A DNA stretch of 64,000 nt from Histomonas meleagridis 2922-C6/04-290x (taxonomy: Eukaryota > Protista > Parabasalia). The stretch covers positions 124,001-188,000 of the forward strand of contig JAANOX010000253.1 in the NCBI GenBank assembly GCA_020184695.1. Direction: 5' to 3'. A program made the translations under genes and the position numbers. The notes beneath the pieces were generated by a model. That model had not been told where the DNA came from. It saw only the letters and a list, made by a program, of their open reading frames with translations, and did no database searches. This document shows, piece by piece, positions 46,601 to 52,500 of the stretch. The stretch's first letter is position 1. Each line of letters opens with the position of its first letter.

Positions 46601-47386
46601 AGCCGGTGCTGGTTTGTGTGCTGCTGCAGGAGCAGGTGTTGGTTTAGGTGCTGTAGCTGCAGGTACTTGTTGACCTCTTTGTGCCGCAAGTTTAGCACGC
46701 TGGAATGGTGTTAATTTCGACTCATCAATTTCTTCTTTAGCAGCTGGCGCGGGTGCTGGCTTAGCTGGTGGTGGTGCTGGCTTGTGTACAGCAGCTGGTG
46801 CTGGAGTTGGTTTTGGAGCTGGTGCTGCAGGCGCTTGTTGACCCCTTTGTGCTGCAAGCTTGGCACGCTGGAATGGAGAGAGATTTGACTCATCTACTTG
46901 AGGTTTGGCAGGTGCTGGTGCTGGTTTAGGTGCAGCTACTGGTGATGGTGCTGGTTTTGGAGCTGATGTTACAGGTGCTGCTGTATTCGATTGTCTTCTT
47001 TGTGCAGCAAGCTTTGCACGCTGGAATGGTGTCAATTTTGATTCATCAATTTCTTGTTCTTGTGCAGCTGGTGGTTTTGCTTCGAGCTTTGATGTGGTTG
47101 TTTGTGTTTTCTGTTGAGTACTTGCTGAATCGTAAGGATAAATGAAAATCATGCAACCCGTTGTTACTCCTTGACTTCTTAATGTTGCATTTGGGTCAAT
47201 CCATTTTGTTTCATTTGATCTAAGAATTAGGCCATAATGTGTTGGATCGACTTGAATTCCGAGATGTTGCATTGCAACTTGCAAACATTGAATTCCAGTA
47301 TAATCAGCATAATATTGATATGGCTGTGGAGATTGATCTTCAATATTTGCACTTGTGTATAGGGTAATGATTTCTTGGGATGACAT
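28601..47386 (-). CDS. Giant talin-like protein (~6260 aa): ubiquitin-like N-terminus, Pro/Ala repeat region, five tandem FERM heads, long helical rod, talin-like C-terminal helix
   Basis: First ATG (MSSQEIITLY) at 47386. Five copies of the F1 signature (e.g. DGSTKTLLLDITKKIEE...GYTLY...PLD..FSIPEQ...LLFKRRF). The C-terminus LKRLELESRVIRARIILEKSEKRLAELG resembles the talin dimerisation helix. Confidence 0.8.
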   Translation of the reverse strand: MSSQEIITLYTSANIEDQSPQPYQYYADYTGIQCLQVAMQHLGIQVDPTHYGLILRSNETKWIDPNATLRSQGVTTGCMIFIYPYDSASTQQKTQTTTSKLEAKPPAAQEQEIDESKLTPFQRAKLAAQRRQSNTAAPVTSAPKPAPSPVAAPKPAPAPAKPQVDESNLSPFQRAKLAAQRGQQAPAAPAPKPTPAPAAVHKPAPPPAKPAPAPAAKEEIDESKLTPFQRAKLAAQRGQQVPAATAPKPTPAPAAAHKPAPAAAPKPTPAPAPAAKEEIDESKLTPFQRAKLAAQRGQQAPAATAPKPTPAPAPAAVHKPAPAPAPAPVHKPEQAPTALHKPAPPAKEEIDESKLTPFQRAKLAAQRGQQAPAATAPKAAPAPAPVHKPAPAPAVAPKPSPAPAPAPAHKPAPAPSAAPKPSPAPAAKEEIDESKLTPFQRAKLAAQRGQQAPAATAPKPTPAPAPSAAPKPSPAPAAKEEIDESKLTPFQRAKLAAQRSQQASAAPAATPKAAPSPSPSPRSSVDESNLSPFQRAKLAAQRGQQGPAPVSQPAPAPSQLPKPAAVSVPAPAPVAVPKPAPVAVPKPAPVAVPKPAPVAVPKPAPVAVPKPAPVAVPKPAPTSIPKPAPTSIPKPAPTAVPKAAPSPVPKAAPTPVHKENEDKSGRHSDESDGDEGEFDIQIDAGISDFSTNNFGGLRKTDISPTLKGDVATNEKDKSVRIYTSNGFSTSNPTDCQYQLSYSFDDMLNTALRHLGANKQQGRYALLLQYGTDDRRWFGETNYLEDYNPFNGMTLYVFKRERQIRVHSAISHSIPLNLDLTKTVSELVKDVAASFKIENYHGYTLCSIKDKKTQPLNRDLSIPQQTKSIKDIYFLRKYFLFSREDLSTLETTKIAYKDAFNEFVKNKIELTEDEAAEIVLYQLYAESDNGKPNFSQLDDDQSKRLPKGYKDSKNIGSKVKSLSETIGQLDQFNGCRKFIQKVRTLQGFATKKFEGVKVELKFQDKKTVVEMIVNISPLSITLVNPKSGLLEERISISKIVSLNMLSHQLEIQFSIMKSLGKIGKYVFHSSKVLKMKALIEEYSDVSKQILIERAKARAAEFGEDVAPIDPRSKITLFTTTYLTNEDPKSFDYDSKFTGKTLLQYAEQYLSIPHDEQNVVLIKLMKKSYRWITNDMILSLANIQDGMTVYILKNKRPMRILFTDGSTKTLLLDITKKIEEITPILFEKLALPNIAGYTLYSLEDEKNPRPLDTRFSIPEQCTTYDQLLFKRRFYILSGEVLQTSKAIFTTLNDCREKLIDPNGLVRISEEQAIELAILFLYGTAKDPNEIKQRKVFEFDQLIPPYIKVDKKFEAKFKKSFEQYPPTERIIAAKLYLGMVRKLPGFGEERFQGLMTEVTQGVNSRTYGATLAIGPMTIYIILANQKEPLYAITYRFIVGFQSMGHKLVLKFVNSKTSKIISIEFKLREIDTVLMLLNYNIKIIRDLMLAKQREQRKEQEDTIKRLRGGFVDENGIVRQAMLDFYVSSDLEKRVNLPKVWLETIRTGKEVADTLVPIMKLDPKIEYAILLWILKESYKWVLNDQTLASANPYRGTILFVIEAFPKIRIHFSMGKTKMMILPIVKKVEELLPIVAKGNGLKHSLGFTLYLPVEGQPSKPLDTSISIPEQATRYSELEFRRRFFIITKHDLEDPTSIYQAFCDVRELILSGKVAISQDDALELMYYALIADGPAVLTPTTIPNENSFPAYLPVNMKVNYKTGKNKINEFLNTIPVEGKINAMIKYIQKARSLPQFGCEEFQVILVEEKNGHTTRTNVILFCGPYKVFVMDENRKNVLVNVPYQKFIKLETFGIELSIKYCTEEFTAGYCNIESERAEEIASLILSYLNLHRQILMQKIQDIDENPGAHGVEMITVFCQDFDNAQRHLYDKRDTGKEVIRKACQFLGLDPTGQYSALLRISDDDFRWVTDDVVLGALNPFDGVTIHLYYTYMPVQIHTDTFDREMLINVEKTVYQLINEIAFKMYVDFPLGYTLYARDETGEFPLDLALTVPEQVLDFDKMTFRRRALLFTKDDIISPYTSEQLYPDVVRSVLSGIPDVNDNNAIELAVYHALTLYPSPEEAANIQIDNIAELLPSNYKLKHKIFNKIKELITSYSGQFLQHQAIMKYIFTARMLNHFGCEIYSGKLEEKSEVDSKSAKKQKKLLRVNIAIGPLGVHIYDPSTQTDYAKIDYKNVVSATLIKNKLFLHVTEEGGSTQTLIIESQSSIKIIKLLDSYKKFWLPGLEEHDMIQKSRSSAEMYSVLEKNQNNAMPIYVERQLDHPSPNIYQISKDLTPVELAKVGLYDLTIQHKKAYILMVANQRKKFEKDNDYKFIESDQTLASVSPVNEAHLFVVEYTPVVQVITTIHRVAELELEIKVDIFTQCQRLANYFNLGSHLGYTLYEVLRGERRPLDFKYNILLTTPNYVEVLLKRRFLLFSMNLLRNYQTLLNGYKDVKQMALSGIMTMTEEQAFELAILSLYAESSQQSEVSIQANKMTIEELTQLLPKNITVHDDTLRRFKAEANLIVPMLPINSMIRYIILANNLTGYGSETYKCYYTDVINVDKKARKECLISLSPYSITIQNANKQKQYSLIMWRKINSFNRHEDTVEITYNDENGIYCHIEVESEEHSREIFSFINDLIELFNIEEFKDFPNFLDIQLDDINGGFDEVLDLLDRDAFNLRDDDEIDSRVDDMLLRSGDLADDDLYNYGNGNDQDKDGLNWRLFGDGLQLQRVDNLLDGFLENLNILDGGLNDKDPNDLYRQLDFMYNQLKNLLDECDDETKQYFLPLLDSLNSLRKKVQEIALADMDITPYISEIKSQMDELKKKVNDAKAHITKKVNELKLNLADSFVNDRLLKLATSREDQCLANALLNISDLQEKLISSLQQNYPMYAKYIEDANSIIRSLGLSSSTLTQIASNLLKSNGNPEMIRKHLIPQLNDILKQSTTIGSMLAKAKEKGVNLPELEKLYNDLVNSLEKLLKSDVLNNYKQDRRTQFYQYYPGDHRPIQTILPTLIDNSKFLTQFVDSSTLSSNKVLQNLFRTKAKQLEKDTEAIQITYENLNIDALNDESRTKALEALQNTMQTYELVIAQMNKVKCNPIDLQRFTQTIPYLTRVAYSLSSINVTPENVQRISDDLTTIWNRYASLPPEIVLKLTDSQRTSFGATLNKIKDLNNMIDKIMPKFKENPTSGQCIYRAQQVVLRIHDILPEINGLLNDLHKLTLDPTYPVLYERLITNVKSTLCESPISEEFSHLDHLKKFQRLQVDTARVLNLLAINSENPYIKANNELHEKLEFQGVQLRNNYLTQVETRGELHERPFANDIIANATSVISKLKQIVERIQPASRKVSDLTSNLQLEQMTNHLLTSAIDALQSIQKAKCQPFRKLPTKNMVDSLLKSLLDFQSSLNELNKSPAVQNNEGIKNIFNKSIQDNENIIKHLRALSNKPDMSLYKFATKLQKELGIMIPTLPQINDFRNNKVHQDHLSALSDSLTKILEEVKPTLEDCKDLIKNYLPILNECLTSFKNHSNNPKVKQNQIAYNALQDWIEFGTTSYQELQDHSKDPKYNIHVANDDKNIILKLLEKYSQIPMDLRKSLIPKEIEDLAKLLGKHAEAALATINCIRQLPGLERPKSDPTKFTKVELSEELSSSVPKLGAQIESLRQFYKELIEANTLLDRPNALKLAKDIEQQLGAIKSSSFKPDFNEDELKKILSELKEKMQSIISSSELISPIVHDPYIGRNTRIVNDNINTILHILENPHLDKVKAKEFINAVLPLLKKIQPQSRQFLQRDDVVSNNTLYEYSKSFDTTVDRAIAIIPEAQLRKLQMTLDELYQATSLLLPYLQENPSHEAYLVDLNKLFDLLSEYTSLQKVQIKYSDAIVLKNPILSDKAIKELADQTFAALESKNNEVEPDLFENLSDNLGFILDHQDQVPIYISTAAGLIMPIMPRHELIRLSDSLRTVISCSSTVLANDLYEKLVVKTSVRTALQLIQLEKSLEFLEQRIEQYSNMFDDETKFYLTKLQNAIKHSDTTLILQCQSLPTAVFNFQPMHNIDDSLQLLLSKVTLIPTLKPIVQPLQDCGKEFSDWVFQSDLSMMAYFQSHLDQITVISEDLLTNDKTHKLPPQLSIFIRKAVSNLKFKERGFRYDMPTISDLAKLTINYLTDIYPQITKVVPDSDNKKLLNEHVKALERIRPIIKNWQNPVLNLTNQGLRSNVISSLCTSIKSTNHINTIINTNPNDIQVEFALGSAKISSLLLNLINAIEKKVPVKEVYDKSSKANDMVKEIYETNDITKIQININELNKMLSESQLLMEKSIPIDYNSIEDDIILDLDSFLNMISDPEALSLVKEAAKILEKLLASIPKLSNEQRSSDNNKFNPKLEIKLSNGKPYQFSLHSIALNSISQKSSDPMMSIDPNQLNDLLSKLGQLISNVEEVTSDKQNVTLSQVERTMLSQRISQLQQQQISEFPDVIKSISSLNSKILPITNITSDQANSSIHSIQQQFEALSSSSELHKLQSRLTPDQILPQQLLLTHNLSQAIERNVDLSIQSHVEQTNEIHNQLFKTILEKLQTNGMPKVSIKTDDLNASLQRGYSQLSLINQLITIQQQLSVNIPDLFKFVQSPEGLQLLSSPITPHQLLEQQQNILKQINLVSSPELLNAFQKNLLPEQIIIQQRILQHSLKLLIGDYGKYIMTSEAGIDDVSQTAIFASLNLLQQEIIKENPEISKLNYYVNPSDILEAQQFAYDLLSRLTLMQKISDIQQKQLISNNNSSQVTTKLNQPMNAESLKASQVSTHMNSLITQFMDPSKVSKSLSSNDLLEQQQILSVIKGILSNPELLYKYCGGLQRTVELNNSMNELFTELQTQQNSLLRNSTKSLDGIKPLTDSQVINSYEKSNSKLLNLNRIEQIKNLINTFDTINPTLCQQVLSAKPSFTSDQLEITRSLLERLIDLSSTNISSTTELISNLTKEEQQRIYSLLITETSKLTKFDPYMNELLQKESRVFDMAALIQRQPGIGIVSVSTKDLPQIEKLDQIEKKIKELQESIVIKGVQSNLIKLMEARNDLSPILSSINDSDVENALKEIKPNDIPKLSSSLIEQVKVINDNSKLNNILEHTKKDQLIVEQLMLQQMTTNNSKESKDAQLKGITLSNVTSNLQTTIVKSTEQLIEDQKPQLTSSLQLLTPLKPLSQTKVKAASKLVDEQFTRICVSEKLEEVKLKQLKGIKGIDEFVHNTSSYESAISDPFTQVEVIDYQDMLKSLITINTSVEDVIHTYSKQTKETNARGLTILTNLIDTITPTNVNIVESLEKDDITELSSFFDKSINYDDILIGPIMDVKIPSERQNASRIASAYQGFITIVPTMYSIPPEEVKSILVTENTEALNIITSIYDSKSTSYSNDLRKLVEIAPQLVASYARYSSTLKPQVKSQLKLNPLNILSSIETLQNTSCMKTTPETSSNFRKTLANLLSMFQNIDSAIVERKDEDPVAHCINCLASMAKAIQNQDIDLLNKEIIHYKGLDIYSLSFGTNNSYLKSIEPKIQKIIPLVEKSYAIHGKLSTELQTAMTDLRKDLITIINKETKNPYELIEKIKTAPEVQKVISTSIQGISHSTKKLIDSVQNRNKVEKTNSIASIIELISNSIAAIFQGLNITSCQNQSIYNDCVRIFDSSMISIRSMLDYLKTSAVSSTSIRRSTRSFNRMFDSMMDIMEDTKTPSYTTKPTTPINTSKLEFIHIQSDFIKLLSSTITARAVSKIPETFDIFFTSQIQKLDKFMKDLENKSQTLLKLNTDKNAANDFNELFNNIKSQYGQFKSKAKNPTINMKDSALFDLTFDFINLSDSFYNLTLIINKLTDVVPIVPDLESAQKLRKRYEIPSVPNDTIGLKIPEAIKKLKDYINVYQQKIKSFFALFPNSKNGQYADSMNQVYDAIDNVILQTLRVSAISMNLEFQSGLATTSNTIAVNFDLLLKELRSKFMLSGDWEGQSPKYRDNIQNALNETEKIVQNVLTIAEQEAKVQNAKIAKFTKVLNPLIEVKSSMESLLNTKIKKLKSSICREYATNMLGIGMTLCDSVNHVVLYTKDHNSNQQSIDSYLSMTENVTNQMKLLIDVSNQITDEKKIEEPETLIIERMKAVTKIGEQFAKPHQNESQEAKALRENVVMICKNANALEKSAENALNNKREQKRRREEAREKGVITFRAGSSKDSLLKRLELESRVIRARIILEKSEKRLAELG
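45415..45676 (-). repeat. 24-nt coding tandem repeat PAPVAVPK x6 plus ~5 degenerate copies
   Basis: Read from the translation and the GGTTTTGGAACTGCAACTGGTGCT-type periodicity. Confidence 0.95.
45760..47055 (-). repeat. Eight copies of (I/V)DES(K/N)L(T/S)PFQRAKLAAQR separated by Pro/Ala/Lys linkers
   Basis: Counted in the translation; near-invariant 18-aa core with synonymous DNA variation. Confidence 0.95.
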
Positions 47387-48809
47387 GTGTAAAATTAAAA
47401 GTGGGTTTATTGAAAAAGTTATTACTCTCAAATTTATTGTTCGCCAACAGAAAATGTGAGTTTCCGAAAAAATCATTATTTTCATAATTGAGACTAATAT
47501 ACTATATTCTTTTGCGAATGTCATTGATAACATCAAAAAATAAAAAGATAGTTGTTTGTTTTTTTCTGGATATATAATACCAAGATCGAGAACTTTGTGT
47601 TCTGAATAATTGAATATATTTTCTGTGTGCAGTTGAAAGGGGGTTAGCCTTTCAAAAGTGAATGGAAATTGAGGGATGAATTATCTGACAAAATAACGGA
47701 ATTGATAAGTAAAAAAATATTGTTTCAGCATATGTTAGCATATGTTTCGTGCTTCGTTTAATTCTAACGCTGCCTTTGAATGGTACATAGATATAATACT
47801 ATTTTGGGATGTGATTTATATCGGATTGATGTTGGCCAACATATGCTGATTCGACTCTATAAAAGTTATATACAACGTGTGTAATTTGAATGACAGAGAT
47901 TTACATCACACGAATCGATAGAAAAAAATTGAATCATCTGGGGCGGTTGGATGATTACTGTGTGAAAGCAAAGTGACATGAACTGTAGACTTTTCTTACA
48001 TTTTGAAATTTTTGAATATTTCATTATATTTTTAATAACACTTGTTAATAAAACTTTCGTCAGCACTGTGTTGACTCTCATATTCCATAAATATTCTTTG
48101 TATCGAGTAAAGATACTTATGCATGAATATAATTAATTAGTGTTGAGGAATGTTTTTTTTTTTTTTGTAATGATATTTTGAAATTAATTGACTCAATTTT
48201 TTGAACATTTCAATCAATATATAATGAGTTATTTATATCTTCCATTGGAAATGATATAAATAATGATGATTGGTAATAACGCACTAACTACAAAAGCATG
48301 CATTAAAGCAAAGGAATAATAAGTTTTCCAAATATGAAGACATCCTCATTTGCTATATTTTAGAAATATAATATAAATAATAATATTATTATCTTTTACA
48401 TGACAGTTTTATGAAATGATATATCGAATTTCTTTCTATAAACAAAATAAGTCAAGAGTTTCATATGTAATCATTCATAAGGGATAGTTGTCCTGGGAAC
48501 AAGAAGTAAATAGTTATATTAAATATAGAACAATAAGAAATTAATAACAGAAGAATTATATTGTAAAATATATAGATAATTTTGAAATGCAATTAAAGAA
48601 GCCTTGTTTATTTATATATAAATATTACATCAATAATAAGCTTATCATGTATCCTTATATATGATTCATTATATTGTCCAAAAATTTATTATTATAAAAG
48701 TTTTAATTTCAAGTAACAAATGGTCACATTAAATGTATTGTTTATGACAATTAGAAACCTAAATGGCTTCTATAAACTCATGACTCCTATTTACTCAAGT
48801 GGATCCGAA

Positions 48810-49364
48810 TTAACAACATTGTTTACGTTCGTTAATTTCCAAAGAACTTACTTCAATACTCGATTCAGATGAGGAAAGTTGTACCATAATATTTTGAAAC
48901 AGGCGGTCAATATTGTATCCGGTTAATGCCGATGTTTGAATAAATGTAAATTTATTTTCTTCAGCAAATTTACTGGCAATTGCTTCATCAACTTTTTGAT
49001 CTTGTAAATCAACCTTGTTTCCGACAAGGTATCTAATAGATCTTCTTCCTACTGAATTTTCGAATGCGTCAAGCCACATTGGAATTGCTTCAAATGAATT
49101 AGGTAAAGTAACATCATAAACGAAAATTGCAGCTTTTGCATTTCTGTAATAAATTGGGCCTAAAGATCTATATTGTTCCTGTCCTGCTGTATCCCATATC
49201 TGAATACAGAATTCTTCACCATTAATTTTTTGGGAATAATTATGAAATGCTGCACCAATTGTTGGTTCATAATTATCGGAAGATTCTTGCTTTAATAGAC
49301 AGTTGATAATAGCAGTTTTTCCTACATACGGATTTCCGATAAGGATTACGCGATTTGTTTCCAT
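48810..49364 (-). CDS. Rab-family small GTPase
   Basis: GNPYVGKT, WDTAGQEQYRSL, GNKVD, TSAL, C-terminal CC; first ATG (METNRVILIG) at 49364. Confidence 0.95.
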   Translation of the reverse strand: METNRVILIGNPYVGKTAIINCLLKQESSDNYEPTIGAAFHNYSQKINGEEFCIQIWDTAGQEQYRSLGPIYYRNAKAAIFVYDVTLPNSFEAIPMWLDAFENSVGRRSIRYLVGNKVDLQDQKVDEAIASKFAEENKFTFIQTSALTGYNIDRLFQNIMVQLSSSESSIEVSSLEINERKQCC

Positions 49365-49561
49365 TTTCTTTTTGACACGGAGTAAAGCTTTCAAAACCCA
49401 AACAGTCGTTGTCAAATGTTTCTCAAAAAATGACTTTTAAAAAGAAATTTTCAGAGAAAAAACTTATAAGTTCATTCGAATGAGGATGTTAGCATTCATG
49501 ATTCCAAAATATTATAATTTACATGTAAATATTTTTATTATTCACTTTATATCTAAACAAA

Positions 49562-52500
49562 TTACCACCATGGGCACCATCCCTTAAACATTTGGCATAA
49601 GTTATCATATGAAATTGCTTGATTTATCAGCAAATTCACTTGTTTCTTCACGGGCAGTACTTTATCTCTACCGAAGTCTCTTCCCGTTAGTTTATCTTGG
49701 ATTCTTTCCAAGACACTTTTCGCGGTGAATCCTTTATCGAACGGATTCTTCAATTGCAACTGTGGGTCATTAATAAATGCTTCCAACAAAGCCAAAATCT
49801 GTTCTCCATTTCTTCTCAACAATTTCATTATTTTTTCGCAACATTTCCTTAGCGTACCTTCAATCTTTGATACTTCCAATGCGTTCTGCATCATTCGTGT
49901 CAATCTAAATGGTACTTTTTCGGGGAATCTTGCGCGATGCATAGCCACTTCGAAACAATCGCCGAAGTCGATGTGCACCAATTTCGCGGTTCTATTTGTT
50001 ATCATAATATTACACATGTGTCGATCACCTAAACCTAATATGTAACCTGCCATTGATGTAACGGCAAGCGAAGTAGTGAATTGGACACGTCTATCAAGCC
50101 AATCATTCGAATCAGTCGAAAACTTCAAAAGAATTTTCTTAAGATCATTACCATCAGTTCTTCCGATTCCATACAAAAATGCTTTTTTCTTTTTATCAAT
50201 TGAAGCAGTATCATAAGAAGGACAAACTTTTAATGATTTACGGACTTCGTAATCCAAAACGATTCCATGTGAATTACGAAAATTAGAAATTATTTCGAAT
50301 AATGTTTGTGTGTCTTGTACCCAACCTATTAAACCTACTTTACGTGTTATAGGGACAACGCCATAAGTAGTAATACCTAATTTAGAAGACAAAGGTATTG
50401 ATGAGTTATGTACCAAATCACTTATATAATTAAATAATTGCATTACACGTTCATCTAATCGTGTATCTTCATTAGCCTTTAATAGAAACGGATAAATTTT
50501 TCCATCGGAACCTATTACGGATAATTTACGTGGTTTTTGTTTAGAATTAATTATATGAATATTATTAATGAATGAATTAATGTATATATTATTCTTAGTT
50601 CCAGGTACAGTTAAATTAGTGTTATTTAAACTTTCTAATAATGGCGAAGCATCACATAAATTAAATTCGGTAATATCATTCATTGTTGATCGAATTTGTT
50701 TAAAAACTTCAACATATATTGACCAACATTGATAGAAATAGTTTAAGTTGTTCGTTTCGACATAAGATTTAAGATATTCTTCTGCAATATTTAATCGTGA
50801 GCCATACATTGTATGAAAGCTAACTTCAAATGTAGTTTCTGGTGGATTAGATATTAATTTATGTAATGGTAAAAGTTGTTCTTGTGTACTATTTTTATTG
50901 TTACGTAATATATAATCACGTGAAGCTTCATCAATATTAGTAAACCACATTTCATGCCAAAAAGCAGCAATTCGTAATAATTCACTCGAAAATAATAAGA
51001 CTTGATTAACCAATAAAGGAAATTCGATTCGTAATATATCAACAATTTTCTTTGTTGATTGTTGTATGTCGATTTTATCTGATCGATAATTAACTAATAA
51101 TGAATATAATACTTTTTGTGGATGTGTTTTCGATATTAAAAGTAATAATTCTTCGAAAAGTTCTTTCAAATCGGAATTACTTAAATTCGATACTATTTGT
51201 GGAAGTAAAAATAACCAAAGTTCGGAATTAATTTTATTTAAATTATTTTTTAATAATTGACAAAATTCTTTCGAACTATTCTGTAATAAAATAGAAATAG
51301 TATTCAGTGTAAATTGTATTTGATTTAATGTATTATTAATTAATCCATTAATATTAGCATTAAGTGAATTAAGTAAATGTTCTTTAGTTCCACCATTTTG
51401 ATATAAACATAAATTAATTTTTGCTAAATCAGCCCAATAATTACATGAATTAGGTGATAATGAAACTGATTCTTGAAGAAATTGTAATGATGATTCATAT
51501 TGATGATTTTCTTTACACCAATTCCCTAACATATTTAAATAACGTGGTAATAATTTCGATGTTTTTGGTAAATTCGTAACAATTGTTTTAAGTTTTTCAA
51601 TTGCTTCATCATGAGAATTTGAATTCCATAACATTAAACTTTGTGAAAATTGGACTTCAGGTTGATCAAGTTTCACATGTAATAAAGCTATTTCTCCAAG
51701 TTGAGTTTTTCCTTTTTGTGCTTCTTTTTCAAGGAACTTTAACCAAAATGGGTTCATTTGTTCATCATTTAATAATAATGAACGTACACAAATAGTTTCA
51801 TACATACTTTCTGATGAATCACATAATTGTTCAAATCTTAATTTCCAATTATTATATATTTGATTCATTGTAGTGTTATAAAATTCTCTTTCTTTAGGTA
51901 TCGAACTATTTTGATTCATTTCAATCTTCTTTAATGAAATTATATCTTTAATTTCAGATATTAAACAAGCTCTTAAATATATATCGAAACTTTTTTCATA
52001 ATCTTCATAATTTATAGGGAAAAGTTGTGGTATAAATTGTAAATTTAATTTTGATATTAATTTCTCCGCATATTTTAATTCATTATTATAAACACATTTA
52101 ATGATTTTATAAAAGATAACTCGTTGATCTTTTTTATCAAGTTTATCAACAATTGAACTTAATTTATCAAAATCAAATAAATGAAAAGATGCTGAAGCTG
52201 AATAAATCGATTTTTCATCTTTTGAAATTTCATATAAATCTTTATAACGTGAAAGTGCTTCTAAACATTTCATTTTACCTTCTTTAGCTTTTTGATCATT
52301 TTGATCAATCTTAGAATATGATTCATAAGCTTCTTCCCATAATCCAAGTTTTTCGGATAAGCTTTCTTGAGAATTTTGTATTGTACTCACTTGTAATATA
52401 CCATTAGCAGCTAAAGGTAATCCAAGTTGTAAATTTAACGAAATCAAACTTTCGATTGATTCTTGAGAAAAAGAATCAAATATATATTCATTATATCTTA

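Noticed and set aside
45133-47145. Q/H/L-rich and G/A/T-rich ORFs overlapping the talin-like repeat region
   Set aside because: Alternate-frame and antisense shadows of the Pro/Ala repeats.
47633-47655. Hairpin TTGAAAGG-GGGTTAG-CCTTTCAA with a telomere-like loop
   Set aside because: Single 8-bp stem and one 7-mer; compatible with chance.
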